This document shows, one piece after another, positions 18,676-27,856 of a DNA stretch of 64,000 nucleotides. Both the position numbers and the translations under genes were made by a program. Where the stretch lies: positions 30,453-94,452 of the IMG/VR virus record IMGVR_UViG_3300015263_000599, one strand, 5' to 3'. The notes beneath the pieces were generated by a model. That model made no database searches and was not told the DNA's origin. It saw only the letters and a list, made by a program, of their open reading frames with translations. The DNA comes from a virus. Each line of letters starts with the position of its first letter. The first letter of the stretch is position 1.

Positions 18676-19463
18676 GTCCGCCGCTTCTGGTCTCGGAGCC
18701 TTCGAGGAATCCATGTGGACTCCGAATCCCTGTCGATCTTCCACGCATCCGGCATGTGCTGCGGCTTCATCGTCTTGATGAAATGGATGCGCCAGTCTTT
18801 GGCAAACTCGTTGTAGTCGTCCACGCTGTAGGCGACGGTCTTTGATATGTTGAAGTAGTCTGGCCGCTCCTTGATCTTGTGATCTCGAACGGTCTGCAAA
18901 TCTTCAGCAGTGATCTCGTCTTTCCCAACGAACTCACAAACGATTTGTGTGAGTTCTTGCTTGCGATCTTCGGGAATCTTCTCGCTGTATTTCTGCAAGG
19001 CGGCAGCGGCCCCCATGGCTCGACGGATGTTGCGAAGCTCTTCGTCGGCCACACCGCAAACGGGGATGCCGAGATCTTTGGCCCATTGTTTTTTTCTTTC
19101 GAAGGCGATGCGTTCGTATTCGCCGTGGCAGTCCTCGCAGAGCAAGAAGATGTCTCGAACGACATCTACCTTATACTTCACTTCCATGTACTTGATGTAG
19201 CAGTACGGAATGATGTGATGCCGGGTCAAATCTTCTGTGCATCCACAGACAACACAGAGATTCGGTTTGCCGTTCATCAGAAGGGGGTCGTTTGTTCCCT
19301 CTCGCCCTCTGGGTTCGAATCTGAGACGGATCGTTAGCGGGTCGTAATCGACAATATCAGCCAAGTTCCGGCTGACGTACCAATCGACCTTTTTCTTGCC
19401 GCACCTACTGAGATTCTGTCCATCGGGTGCTTGGATGAGACAGTTATCGAATGAAACGCCCAT
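18672..19463 (-). CDS. HNH-type nuclease resembling the C-terminal domain of eukaryotic EXD2
   Basis: FDNCLIQAPDGQ.LSRC..KK.DWY, IRLRFEPRGR, NLCVVCG...HHIIP...LLCEDCH. Confidence 0.8.
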   Translation of the reverse strand: MGVSFDNCLIQAPDGQNLSRCGKKKVDWYVSRNLADIVDYDPLTIRLRFEPRGREGTNDPLLMNGKPNLCVVCGCTEDLTRHHIIPYCYIKYMEVKYKVDVVRDIFLLCEDCHGEYERIAFERKKQWAKDLGIPVCGVADEELRNIRRAMGAAAALQKYSEKIPEDRKQELTQIVCEFVGKDEITAEDLQTVRDHKIKERPDYFNISKTVAYSVDDYNEFAKDWRIHFIKTMKPQHMPDAWKIDRDSESTWIPRRLRDQKRRT

Positions 19464-20908
19464 CAGAAGTCAATCTTTTCTTTGATGGTAACGCTGTGTC
19501 CTTCTTGTTGCAACACTTCGATTCTCCATTCAGAATGTTTTCTGAGGTAGTCATTGATGACGAACAAGAAGTCATAGTATTTGAGGACTTCTTTGTCATC
19601 AGCAGTTCTGAGTCCACGACCCATTTGCTGGATGACGTTGTGTGCGCCTTCGCCGCCAGCGGCATTGATGAGATTGTGAATCTTGACATCGATGCCAGCC
19701 GTGATGATCGGCTTCATGATGATCGCAATGCACGACTCGCCTTTCTTGAGTGCGTTGATGACCGGCTCCCGTTCCTTCAGGGAGTTCTTGCCCTGAATCC
19801 AGTGAGCCTCGGGCAGCAACGACTTGAGATATTCACCCTGCTCGATTCGCTCGACGACGATGAGCGTGCGACCTTCTAGTGAGCGTGCCAGTCGCTTAAC
19901 GATGTCGTGAAAGTGGAAGTTCTGTTCGATCCCCAGTTTGACTGCATCTTGGTAAGGCTCATATGCCAGATTGGGCCGGTCAATGGGATAGATCGTGCAA
20001 TCGCTGTGGGCGAGGTCTCCACGATCCTGAAGTTCCTTCGTGGTCAACAGACCTGATGATGTGACTTGCGTTTTGAAGACGGGGCCAAAGTAACCCTTCA
20101 CGGTGTACTTGTGGCATTCATCGATCTTCTTCTTGTTCCATTTGAAAGGCGTGGCAGAGAAGCCGATTCTCACAGCCGCACTGCTCATCTTCTTATATGC
20201 TCGCATCGGGATGTCCGAGATACAGTCGTGAACTTCGTCCACAACCAAAGCTCGGAACTTCGGCAGCAACTTCTTGATTGAATCGAAGGTTTGTTTGTGT
20301 GCCGTGCAGCACATCACATAGTTGGGTTCTTTGTATCCGCCATACCAACGACCCAGACCTTCTACGCCCCACTCTTTCATTTGCTGCCAGTTCTGATGAA
20401 CCAAGCTGGCGTTCTTAGTGATAAACAGAGTTGGAGTTTTGGGAGGCAAAGATTTGAGTACAGAGATGAGAATGAATGTTTTGCCCGCACCGGTCGGAGC
20501 TTGTACGATTCCCCGGTTATACTTTAAGCACATGTTGACCAGATCAGATTGGAAGTCACGCAGTGTGATCGGATCAAAGTCAGGCGGAAGCCATTCATTA
20601 AGAAACTGTTGATCGATGGAGTCGTATCGCCATTGAACGGCGTTTCTCTCGTCGATGAATGTATATGGCTTCTTTAAGAAACGGAGAGCGGCCCGGACTT
20701 CTGGGAGAAGTCCAGTCATGAATCGACCAGATTTTTTGTCGAAGAACTCCTTCCATCCGTCCCACTTCTTCCGCTTGTATGCAGCGTTGTGCCAATAGTT
20801 CTTTGGCCTGAAGCGAAGCTTGCGATGGAGGATATCGACCAGATCTGTGTCGGTAGTGATAAGTCGGCTGAAAACATTTTCAGCGTGCAAAACCGTCGTG
20901 GTTGTCAT
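19463..20908 (-). CDS. Superfamily 2 DNA helicase (T4 UvsW-like)
   Basis: LRDFQ, APTGAGKT, VVDEVH, GFSATP, QQMGRGLR, YYDF. Confidence 0.92.
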   Translation of the reverse strand: MTTTTVLHAENVFSRLITTDTDLVDILHRKLRFRPKNYWHNAAYKRKKWDGWKEFFDKKSGRFMTGLLPEVRAALRFLKKPYTFIDERNAVQWRYDSIDQQFLNEWLPPDFDPITLRDFQSDLVNMCLKYNRGIVQAPTGAGKTFILISVLKSLPPKTPTLFITKNASLVHQNWQQMKEWGVEGLGRWYGGYKEPNYVMCCTAHKQTFDSIKKLLPKFRALVVDEVHDCISDIPMRAYKKMSSAAVRIGFSATPFKWNKKKIDECHKYTVKGYFGPVFKTQVTSSGLLTTKELQDRGDLAHSDCTIYPIDRPNLAYEPYQDAVKLGIEQNFHFHDIVKRLARSLEGRTLIVVERIEQGEYLKSLLPEAHWIQGKNSLKEREPVINALKKGESCIAIIMKPIITAGIDVKIHNLINAAGGEGAHNVIQQMGRGLRTADDKEVLKYYDFLFVINDYLRKHSEWRIEVLQQEGHSVTIKEKIDF

Positions 20909-20978
20909 CGCCATCCTTCCTTGGATATGTATGACAGTGTACCCGAAAACGGCTTTCTTGGGAAAGAGGAATGCAGCT

Positions 20979-21007
20979 TTGACCGACCGCAAAAACTGCC
21001 GTATAAT
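20979..21007 (+). promoter_or_regulatory. Near-consensus sigma70 promoter for argS-like gene
   Basis: TTGACC-17 nt-TATAAT. Confidence 0.75.
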
Positions 21008-21039
21008 GAGGGAAATTCCTTTTGTGCGGAGATGGCACC

Positions 21040-22326
21040 ATGCTGCGACCCATGCCTGCGAAATACGGTATCGGATTCACCTCACCAGAGCCCGTGGCTC
21101 CCGATCTGGTGGAAGGCTACCGGTATGAGCAGACAGGAAATCACCACAACTACTTCGTCACCCCTCAGCGGTGGGATTGGCCCGAGAGATTCGATTTCGG
21201 GTCCGTCGCTCCGGTCATTGATGGGTTCTCTCCGAACCTCAATAAACAGTTGCACGTTGGGCACTTACGCAACCTTGCCCTCGCCAACTCCCTCTCTCGC
21301 ATCCTGAAGAACGCAAAATTTGTATCGCTGCTTGGATGCAGTCTTGGAGTGCGTTTCGCAGCCCTCGAAGGCTGGAAGTATTGGACGGAATTCTTGGGGT
21401 TCCAGCCGGAAGTCTACTATGACTGTGCTCTGCCCGACGATCTGATCCCAACCAGAGAGCCAACAGTTGCCGAGGTTGAATCAGACCTAATCGATCCCAA
21501 TGAAGGCGACGATCTGACATTGCCGGAATTATGGGATGGCCCCAATGGTCCGGTGATCGTTAAGCGATCCGACAAGCGACCACTCTATGCCTATCACGAT
21601 CTGGCGTTCGCTCAGATCGTTGGTCCCGATCACTACATCACAGGCGAAGAACAAAAGATTCATTTCGCTTCGTTAGGTCTGGGTGACAAACACTTGCCAA
21701 TGGGTTTGGTGTTGGGACTTGACGGCAAGAAGATGAAGTCTCGTGAAGGCGATGTCCTTCTGGCAACCGAGGCTGTGCAGATGGTTAAAGAGCATTTGCG
21801 ACAAACACAGCACGCTGATCAACTGGCGTGGAACATTCTTGCTTGGAACTTTTTACACACGGCCCGAAAGTCGAATCTGAAGTTTGAGGCTGAAAAATGG
21901 ACGCAGCCAGATTCACCGGGAATGTACATCAGCTACACTTACGCTCGGACGTGGAACGCATTGGAAGAAGCGGTCCCCCTTCGCAACCCCATTCCGATTG
22001 GCCCCTTTTATGGATTCGACCCGGATTACTTGAAAATCCTGAAGCGTTCGGGTTCCACTGTTGATACGGAAATCACAGAGATCGATCTCGACCTGTTAGG
22101 TCTTTCTGAGCAATACATCTTCTACTACCAGCAAGCCATCGAACGACTCGATCCGGCACCGGTTGCGAATTACGCTCATGACTTAGCCCGCCTAATCGGC
22201 GTGGCGTATGAGAGGGAGCGAATTCAAGAGGGTCGCCCTGTCTTCCAGCGTGCAATGGCACATGCGATCTGGCGTCTGGAACACTGCTTGCAAGATCTTG
22301 GCATGTTCAAGCTCCAAACAGTCTGA
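21040..22326 (+). CDS. argS: Arginyl-tRNA synthetase-like protein, shortened (428 aa)
   Basis: HIGH motif FSPNLNKQLHVGHLRN, LYAYHDLA, YITGEEQKIHF, KMKSREG, anticodon-domain GMYISYTYAR. Confidence 0.8.
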   Translation: MLRPMPAKYGIGFTSPEPVAPDLVEGYRYEQTGNHHNYFVTPQRWDWPERFDFGSVAPVIDGFSPNLNKQLHVGHLRNLALANSLSRILKNAKFVSLLGCSLGVRFAALEGWKYWTEFLGFQPEVYYDCALPDDLIPTREPTVAEVESDLIDPNEGDDLTLPELWDGPNGPVIVKRSDKRPLYAYHDLAFAQIVGPDHYITGEEQKIHFASLGLGDKHLPMGLVLGLDGKKMKSREGDVLLATEAVQMVKEHLRQTQHADQLAWNILAWNFLHTARKSNLKFEAEKWTQPDSPGMYISYTYARTWNALEEAVPLRNPIPIGPFYGFDPDYLKILKRSGSTVDTEITEIDLDLLGLSEQYIFYYQQAIERLDPAPVANYAHDLARLIGVAYERERIQEGRPVFQRAMAHAIWRLEHCLQDLGMFKLQTV

Positions 22327-22409
22327 CTGATCTTGACTCCGGTGGTACTTCTCCTATAAATTGGGTTGCGTCGTTCACGGACGAAACCCCATAGAAAGGA
22401 GTCGTGACC

Positions 22410-23573
22410 ATGTTTCGATTCGGCAAACCTCTTGCTCTAGTGGTTGCCCTGCTTTTTCTCGGAGCAACGTGCTTCGAACATGGTGCGTATGCACAAAAGC
22501 GAAGCAGCGGTAGCAGCAGGCCCAGTTCGGGCAGCAGTCGGCCTTCTTCATCATCATCGAAGCCCAAGTACGGGTCTCCCAACAGCGGCAGCAAGCCGCC
22601 TTCTTCCAAGCCCCCATCGAGCAAGCCGCCTTCGACCAGCAGCGGTTCCAAGCCCAAGTTCGGTTCGCCAAACAGCGGCCAGTCTTCCAAGCCACCTGCA
22701 AGCAACAGCGGTTCCAAACCGCCTTCGACCAGCAGCGGCAGCAAGCCCAAATTCGGTTCGCCCAACAGTGGTCAGACCCCCTCGACAGGCAGTGGTTCCA
22801 AGCCGCCTTCGACCAGCAATAGTTCCAAACCCAAGTTCGGCTCGCCGAATGCAGGGAACCCTTCTTCTCCCACTACTTCTCGGAATCCCAACACCAGCAG
22901 TCGCCCTCCCACTTCATCCAGCGGAGCCAAGGAGCGGGCTAATCAAGCGGCGACAAGCAAGCGGGTTTATCAGGAAACGCAGCGTGCAACTGCACCTCCG
23001 AAGCCGTCCTACACTACGTCGGATGGGCATACGGTCAATGTGCGGACAAATTCCGCTCATGTGCAAGCGATGCGAAGCAAACCATCCTCGTATTACACGC
23101 CCGCCGCACGACAGACTCGGATCACCAATCACATTCATCATTACCATTACGCCCACGACTATAACTGGTACTACAGCCAGCCGCACTACTATGTCGGCGG
23201 TGGGTACAGTTCGTCATTCTGGTGGATGATGATGGAGTGGTCGGCTGAGCGACGAGCCAGATGGCTATACCATAATCGGTATAGCATCGAAGCGGCTGCA
23301 TACCAACGTGGTTTGCAGGATGCCGCTGTTGCTGCACAGATTCAGCAGCTTGAGGCACAAAACGTGGCCCGTAACACGGACTATGTTGACCCCGAGTTTG
23401 CTGAAAATCCCAGCATGATGTATAGCCAAGAGTACATCGAAGCTGCTTACAACCCCACGGTGCTATCACCGGGGTCAGATGCAGCATTGACAGTCCTTCT
23501 GTGGATAATCATCATTGGGGTGGTCGGGTATGCCATCTTCCTCTTCATGACGAAGGTGAGATTCGGCAGGTAA
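22410..23573 (+). CDS. Exported Ser/Pro/Gly-repeat protein with C-terminal TM
   Basis: Signal peptide; repeated SKPKFGSPNSG/SKPPSTSSG; Tyr/His-rich segment; C-terminal TM. Confidence 0.8.
   Translation: MFRFGKPLALVVALLFLGATCFEHGAYAQKRSSGSSRPSSGSSRPSSSSSKPKYGSPNSGSKPPSSKPPSSKPPSTSSGSKPKFGSPNSGQSSKPPASNSGSKPPSTSSGSKPKFGSPNSGQTPSTGSGSKPPSTSNSSKPKFGSPNAGNPSSPTTSRNPNTSSRPPTSSSGAKERANQAATSKRVYQETQRATAPPKPSYTTSDGHTVNVRTNSAHVQAMRSKPSSYYTPAARQTRITNHIHHYHYAHDYNWYYSQPHYYVGGGYSSSFWWMMMEWSAERRARWLYHNRYSIEAAAYQRGLQDAAVAAQIQQLEAQNVARNTDYVDPEFAENPSMMYSQEYIEAAYNPTVLSPGSDAALTVLLWIIIIGVVGYAIFLFMTKVRFGR
22500..22870 (+). repeat. Coding tandem repeats (SKPK[FY]GSPN and SKPPS units)
   Basis: Four copies of AA[GA]CCCAA[GA]T[TA]CGG.TC.CC.AA interleaved with AAGCCGCCTTC. 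Confidence 0.8.
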
Positions 23574-23622
23574 CATCCTCAGTGTCAGGATGACAGGTTG
23601 TTGTCACACGAAAGGACTAAAC

Positions 23623-24354
23623 ATGACTTCGGCAGATGGCAGAGGGCGAACGCTGTTCGAAATCCTCACCGGTCGAAACAAGAAAGACATGCGGCCTCTG
23701 GAATTCCAGTATCACAATCCACTGGAAGCCAAGGTCGGATGTACGATCAGTTTCGACCACGAACCTGAGATCAGCGGCATCAATTTTGTGATCGAGAAAA
23801 TCTCGGTTTACAAGACGACGATTGACCGCAAAGACTTCTACCACACAGACTATCACCTCAAGGGGATTAGCCTCGACCACAACAAACCGGTCAGAATGAG
23901 GCTGCGTCTGATTCCCGACGAGAACGTCATCGATCAACTCGGTCACAAGGTGCAGTTGATGTACCTGTACGACGAGGTGCCCTATGACGAAGGCTTGCAC
24001 AAAACGGTGCTGGCCGATCCCTCGGGTGAGTTCTGGGTGAACTACGACGATGAAGGCAACGAGCTTCAGGAGCCACGCACCTACTGGCGTGTCGGTTCCA
24101 ACGAGCATTGCCCTTGTCCCGATCCTTACAGTGCTCGTTGCACTATCCTCTCAGACGTGGATGGCGACGGCACGGTCGAAGACGACGAACTGGAACACTA
24201 CAGCACGACGTACTGGGAGTTCAGCCGCATGACTGACGACCAGAACGGACAAGAGTTCGAAGAGTTCCTGACCGTCGAGATGAATGACGACTCTGGCTTC
24301 TTCACGTTCCTGCGTGGATCGGAAGTCAAGCCTTCTCAGATCATGGTGTTCTAA
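23623..24354 (+). CDS. Hypothetical acidic protein (DUF2491/DUF4178-like, tentative)
   Basis: RBS AAGGA; NPLEAKVGCTISFD start, acidic beta-rich C-terminus. Confidence 0.65.
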   Translation: MTSADGRGRTLFEILTGRNKKDMRPLEFQYHNPLEAKVGCTISFDHEPEISGINFVIEKISVYKTTIDRKDFYHTDYHLKGISLDHNKPVRMRLRLIPDENVIDQLGHKVQLMYLYDEVPYDEGLHKTVLADPSGEFWVNYDDEGNELQEPRTYWRVGSNEHCPCPDPYSARCTILSDVDGDGTVEDDELEHYSTTYWEFSRMTDDQNGQEFEEFLTVEMNDDSGFFTFLRGSEVKPSQIMVF

Positions 24355-24377
24355 CAACGGCAGTAGCCGTCCCCAAA

Positions 24378-24413
24378 GGGGGCGCAGGCGACATCACCCT
24401 GCGTCCCCTTTTT
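24378..24413 (+). terminator. Rho-independent terminator
   Basis: GGGGCGCAGG/CCTGCGTCCCC plus T tract. Confidence 0.7.
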
Positions 24414-24447
24414 CATTCAATGGAGGCTTACGTTCAGGGAGGAAGTC

Positions 24448-25482
24448 ATGGACGTACTATATTTGCTGGGCGGATCGTTCGCTGTTGGATTTCTGGCCTT
24501 CTCTGCCGTCACGGCCTTCAAGGCTTCTCGCCGCAAACCCGCCGTCGCTGTTCCCAAGGAAGAACCACTCATACTTGCTGGCGATGTGCCGCCTGAATTT
24601 CAGGCTGCTGCCTCTCGTATGGAAAATGTGGTTGTCCAATCAGAACCGGAACCAACCAAACAAGAAGAGGACAAGCCCAAGTTCGTCGATCCAAAATTTG
24701 GACTGCACGAATATCCTCCTCCTTTCCCCAACGGTTTCTTGCAGCTTGAGCACGGAGTCAACAAGATCAGGTTGTTGCCTCCAGTCAAAGGGCACCCATT
24801 CTTCGTGGCCCGACGCCAGCACTACAATTTGGAAGACAGGAAAAATTCTGTCGTCCAGTGCAACAAAGAGAAGGAGTCAGGCAAGGACTGGAAAGGGAAC
24901 TGCCCCATTTGTGATGCGTGGAAGGCCCTCTGGAAAGAGGCTCAAGCCGCAGAAGAAAAGGGAAACTGGCAACGAGCCAATGAACTCAGCAGTCAAGCTC
25001 GCCAAATCAAGCCGGTCGAGCGGTATTACTACAACGCCATCGCCAGAGACAGAGGAACTGGGCAGCCACAAATTCTGGCTGTTCCGAAGGCGATCCATCA
25101 AGAGATTGTTCGCATCGTCATTGGAGATGAAGAACAAGGCGAAGAAGGGTACGGCGACATTTCTGATGTTCATACTGGCCGAGACATCAAGATTATCAAA
25201 GAGACGCTGGGAAGATCTCAGTGGCCTCGCTACACAGTGATGCCGGTCTACAAAGAATCTGTGATCAGTGAATCTGTGGAAGCCGCCAACGAATTTCTGA
25301 CCACTCTGTGGAATCTGGAAGCGGCAGCCCATTCATGGGAGAAGGATCAATCGATCATCCAGCGTGTCGCCGCAAGAGTCATGGCTCGTAGCAACGTCCA
25401 ACAGCGAGAGAACGACGCCGAGTTGTGCGATGAAGAGTTTCTTGCTGAATTGAACAATCTGTCTGCCAACTACCTTCAGTGA
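24448..25482 (+). CDS. T4 gp32-like ssDNA-binding protein with N-terminal TM helix
   Basis: KIRLLPP, QHY...QC...CPIC, RYYYNAI, DISDVHTGRDIKI.K, acidic tail; first ~25 aa hydrophobic. Confidence 0.8.
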   Translation: MDVLYLLGGSFAVGFLAFSAVTAFKASRRKPAVAVPKEEPLILAGDVPPEFQAAASRMENVVVQSEPEPTKQEEDKPKFVDPKFGLHEYPPPFPNGFLQLEHGVNKIRLLPPVKGHPFFVARRQHYNLEDRKNSVVQCNKEKESGKDWKGNCPICDAWKALWKEAQAAEEKGNWQRANELSSQARQIKPVERYYYNAIARDRGTGQPQILAVPKAIHQEIVRIVIGDEEQGEEGYGDISDVHTGRDIKIIKETLGRSQWPRYTVMPVYKESVISESVEAANEFLTTLWNLEAAAHSWEKDQSIIQRVAARVMARSNVQQRENDAELCDEEFLAELNNLSANYLQ

Positions 25483-25544
25483 AAGCTTTACCCGCCCTCT
25501 AAACTGTCATACAATGGCATAGGAGGGTTGATCGCACGTCGCAC

Positions 25545-25571
25545 AGCCCCCGCAAACACGGGGGCTTTTTT
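25545..25571 (+). terminator. Terminator-like hairpin
   Basis: AGCCCCCG/CGGGGGCT plus T tract. Confidence 0.7.
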
Positions 25572-25586
25572 GTTGGAGAGGTATGA

Positions 25587-26690
25587 ATGCTCACACGAGA
25601 CAAGATCAAAGGTATGCTCATTGGCGGGGCCATCGGGGACGCATGGGGCATGGGCGTAGAGACTTGGACGCCCGAGAAGATCCTAGAAGTGCATCCCAAT
25701 GGTCTTCCTCGTTTTGTTGCGCCCATCGGCCACAAGTGGTTCGATCCAGAAAAACATCCACCGGGAACCACCACCGACGACACACAACTCACAATTGCTA
25801 CCATGCGGGGACTGCTGGATGGAAAGGCCGCTGCGGACCAGTCCCGCAGCTTCGATGATTTCATGGACGCCATCGCCAAAGCCCACTGCGAAGCCATGCA
25901 GGAAACGGATGCTGGGTGGGGCAACACAACCCGTGAGGCCATCAGGCGGCTCCAGAACGGCGTCAGTTGGCGTGTATCTGGCAAGACCAGTGAGCGGCAT
26001 CGAGGCACCGGCAATGGCATCCCCATGAAGATCTCTCCACTCGGAGCGTGGTATGCGACCCCTTATGGGGCTGATCTTTGTGACGCAAAGCAGGGTTTCA
26101 ATCAACGCTGCGTCGAATACTCGGCGATGACCCATTACACACAGATGTCGGCTCAGGCTGGAATCATCCATGCCCACGCCGTCTTCTTCTGTCTGTGGTC
26201 TTCGCCAGAGCGATTCCACCGTGACGACTTCTTCGATCTCGTTTCGGATTGCGTCTGGGAATGGGGCGAAGGCAAAACAGAGGCAGATCGCAACGATCAC
26301 ACCTTCTACGATGTCTCGCACCTCAATGAGACCGAAGACAATCTGAAGGATCAGTTCGTCAAGTTGTGGCAGTTCCGGGACGAAATGACCGACGAGAAGA
26401 TTCACGAACTCTTCGGTCCCGGCTCGTGCTATGTCTATGAGAGCCTGCCGTTCAGTTACGCATGGTTCTTGCGTGACTGGTCGTCAATGCAAATTTTGCA
26501 ACGGGTCGTTGAGGCTGGGGGAGACACCGATACCAACGCCAAAATGGTCGGGGAAATGCTGGGAGCGTTGCACGGCATGTCCTTGTTCGAGCGAGAAGAA
26601 AACAAGTGGGCCATCGAAGATCTCGATGACACCGTTTACACGCTTGTCGATCTCGCCGACGAATTCTGTGACGCTTTCGGGATTGAATGA
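25587..26690 (+). CDS. ADP-ribosylglycohydrolase (DraG/ARH family)
   Basis: GGAIGDAWG, TTDDTQL, GNGIPMK, THY, GGDTDTN. Confidence 0.93.
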   Translation: MLTRDKIKGMLIGGAIGDAWGMGVETWTPEKILEVHPNGLPRFVAPIGHKWFDPEKHPPGTTTDDTQLTIATMRGLLDGKAAADQSRSFDDFMDAIAKAHCEAMQETDAGWGNTTREAIRRLQNGVSWRVSGKTSERHRGTGNGIPMKISPLGAWYATPYGADLCDAKQGFNQRCVEYSAMTHYTQMSAQAGIIHAHAVFFCLWSSPERFHRDDFFDLVSDCVWEWGEGKTEADRNDHTFYDVSHLNETEDNLKDQFVKLWQFRDEMTDEKIHELFGPGSCYVYESLPFSYAWFLRDWSSMQILQRVVEAGGDTDTNAKMVGEMLGALHGMSLFEREENKWAIEDLDDTVYTLVDLADEFCDAFGIE

Positions 26691-26875
26691 TGGAAGTCGG
26701 AGACAAGGTGGTCGATTCGCCGGTCGGATGCGGCCAAATCACAGATTTTACCGAACGAGGGTTTCCGAGAGTGAACCATGTGGCAGTCGCATGGCTCCAA
26801 TTGGAGGATGGTCGAGTGTTCGACCCATGGGGTGCCCGCCAACAAAGCCTAGATCAAAATCCAGAAAATGGTTAG
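26687..26875 (+). CDS. Hypothetical protein
   Basis: ATGA-coupled small ORF. Confidence 0.55.
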   Translation: MMEVGDKVVDSPVGCGQITDFTERGFPRVNHVAVAWLQLEDGRVFDPWGARQQSLDQNPENG

Positions 26876-26884
26876 AATGCACAC

Positions 26885-27172
26885 ATGAATGAACAACAAC
26901 CACAAGGATGTGAGTTGTGCGACCGTGACAAACCTTTGACAGAACACCATCTGATTCCCCGAGCGGTACATTCGAAGAAGAGATTCATCAACCGGTTCGG
27001 CAAGGAAGAAATGAAGAAGCGAAAGCTGATGTGTTGTAAGGAATGTCATGACGGAATACACGACATCATCCCCGACGAGAAGGAGTTGGCCGACAAGTTT
27101 AACACGAAGGAACTCTTGATGGCCGATGAACGAATCCAGAAACACGTTGAATGGGCAAGGAAGCAGAAATGA
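26885..27172 (+). CDS. Small HNH endonuclease
   Basis: CELCDR..LTEHHLIP...CKECHDGIH. Confidence 0.85.
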   Translation: MNEQQPQGCELCDRDKPLTEHHLIPRAVHSKKRFINRFGKEEMKKRKLMCCKECHDGIHDIIPDEKELADKFNTKELLMADERIQKHVEWARKQK

Positions 27173-27462
27173 AGAAGCTGATTTTGATCGCCGCCTGTCT
27201 CGCCGTCGCCGGATGTAAGCAAGAGCCTGCGCCGCCACCGCCGAAACCGTCGATTGAAGTTGAGATGACGGACAACACCGAATGGACTGGAATGACGGTG
27301 TATTTCCGGCATCACACGGTTGGACAGCAGACTGGGCCATACGTCACCCTGAACACACCACAAGACATTCAGGATTACAAGAAACAAGTCGAGTTTCTCT
27401 TGAAGCGACTCGACGAAGCTGAAACGAAGATGAATATCCATGAGCCAGTTCAAGACCCGTGA
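27169..27462 (+). CDS. Lipoprotein
   Basis: MKKLILIAACLAVAGC lipobox. Confidence 0.75.
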   Translation: MKKLILIAACLAVAGCKQEPAPPPPKPSIEVEMTDNTEWTGMTVYFRHHTVGQQTGPYVTLNTPQDIQDYKKQVEFLLKRLDEAETKMNIHEPVQDP

Positions 27463-27856
27463 CTTGAAGGTCGCATTTGGGATGGGGATGATGGTAGCCG
27501 TTTTCCTCAAGGCTTTCTTCTCCATCGCCTTCGGGACGGGTTTTGCGCCGATGCTGGTGGCTCTGAATGGAATAGGATTCATCATCGGATTGTTTCTTGC
27601 GGTGTGGGGAACCAGCGGGTCACGCTATCTCGGGCAAGTTGCCGCCGCATCGCTCATGGCCCCGGTGTCCGCACTGTGGGCTCTTTACGTTTTCCAACAT
27701 TACCCTTTGGGTATTCGGGACAAGGTGGACGGCCTGACGTATGCTTGGGTCCATCTGCAAGTTCATCGGGACTTGTACATTTTTCCGATCCTCATGTTCT
27801 CAGGAGCCTTATTGCTCGCTGCTTGGAAGCCAAAGTCAAATGAAACGGTTCAGTGA
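27440..27856 (+). CDS. Multi-pass membrane protein
   Basis: About four hydrophobic helices. Confidence 0.65.
   Translation: MSQFKTRDLKVAFGMGMMVAVFLKAFFSIAFGTGFAPMLVALNGIGFIIGLFLAVWGTSGSRYLGQVAAASLMAPVSALWALYVFQHYPLGIRDKVDGLTYAWVHLQVHRDLYIFPILMFSGALLLAAWKPKSNETVQ

Noticed and set aside
22500-22870. Possible CRISPR array
   Set aside because: Repeats are degenerate, in-frame and encode Ser/Pro/Lys peptide repeats; there are no unique spacers of constant length and no cas genes.
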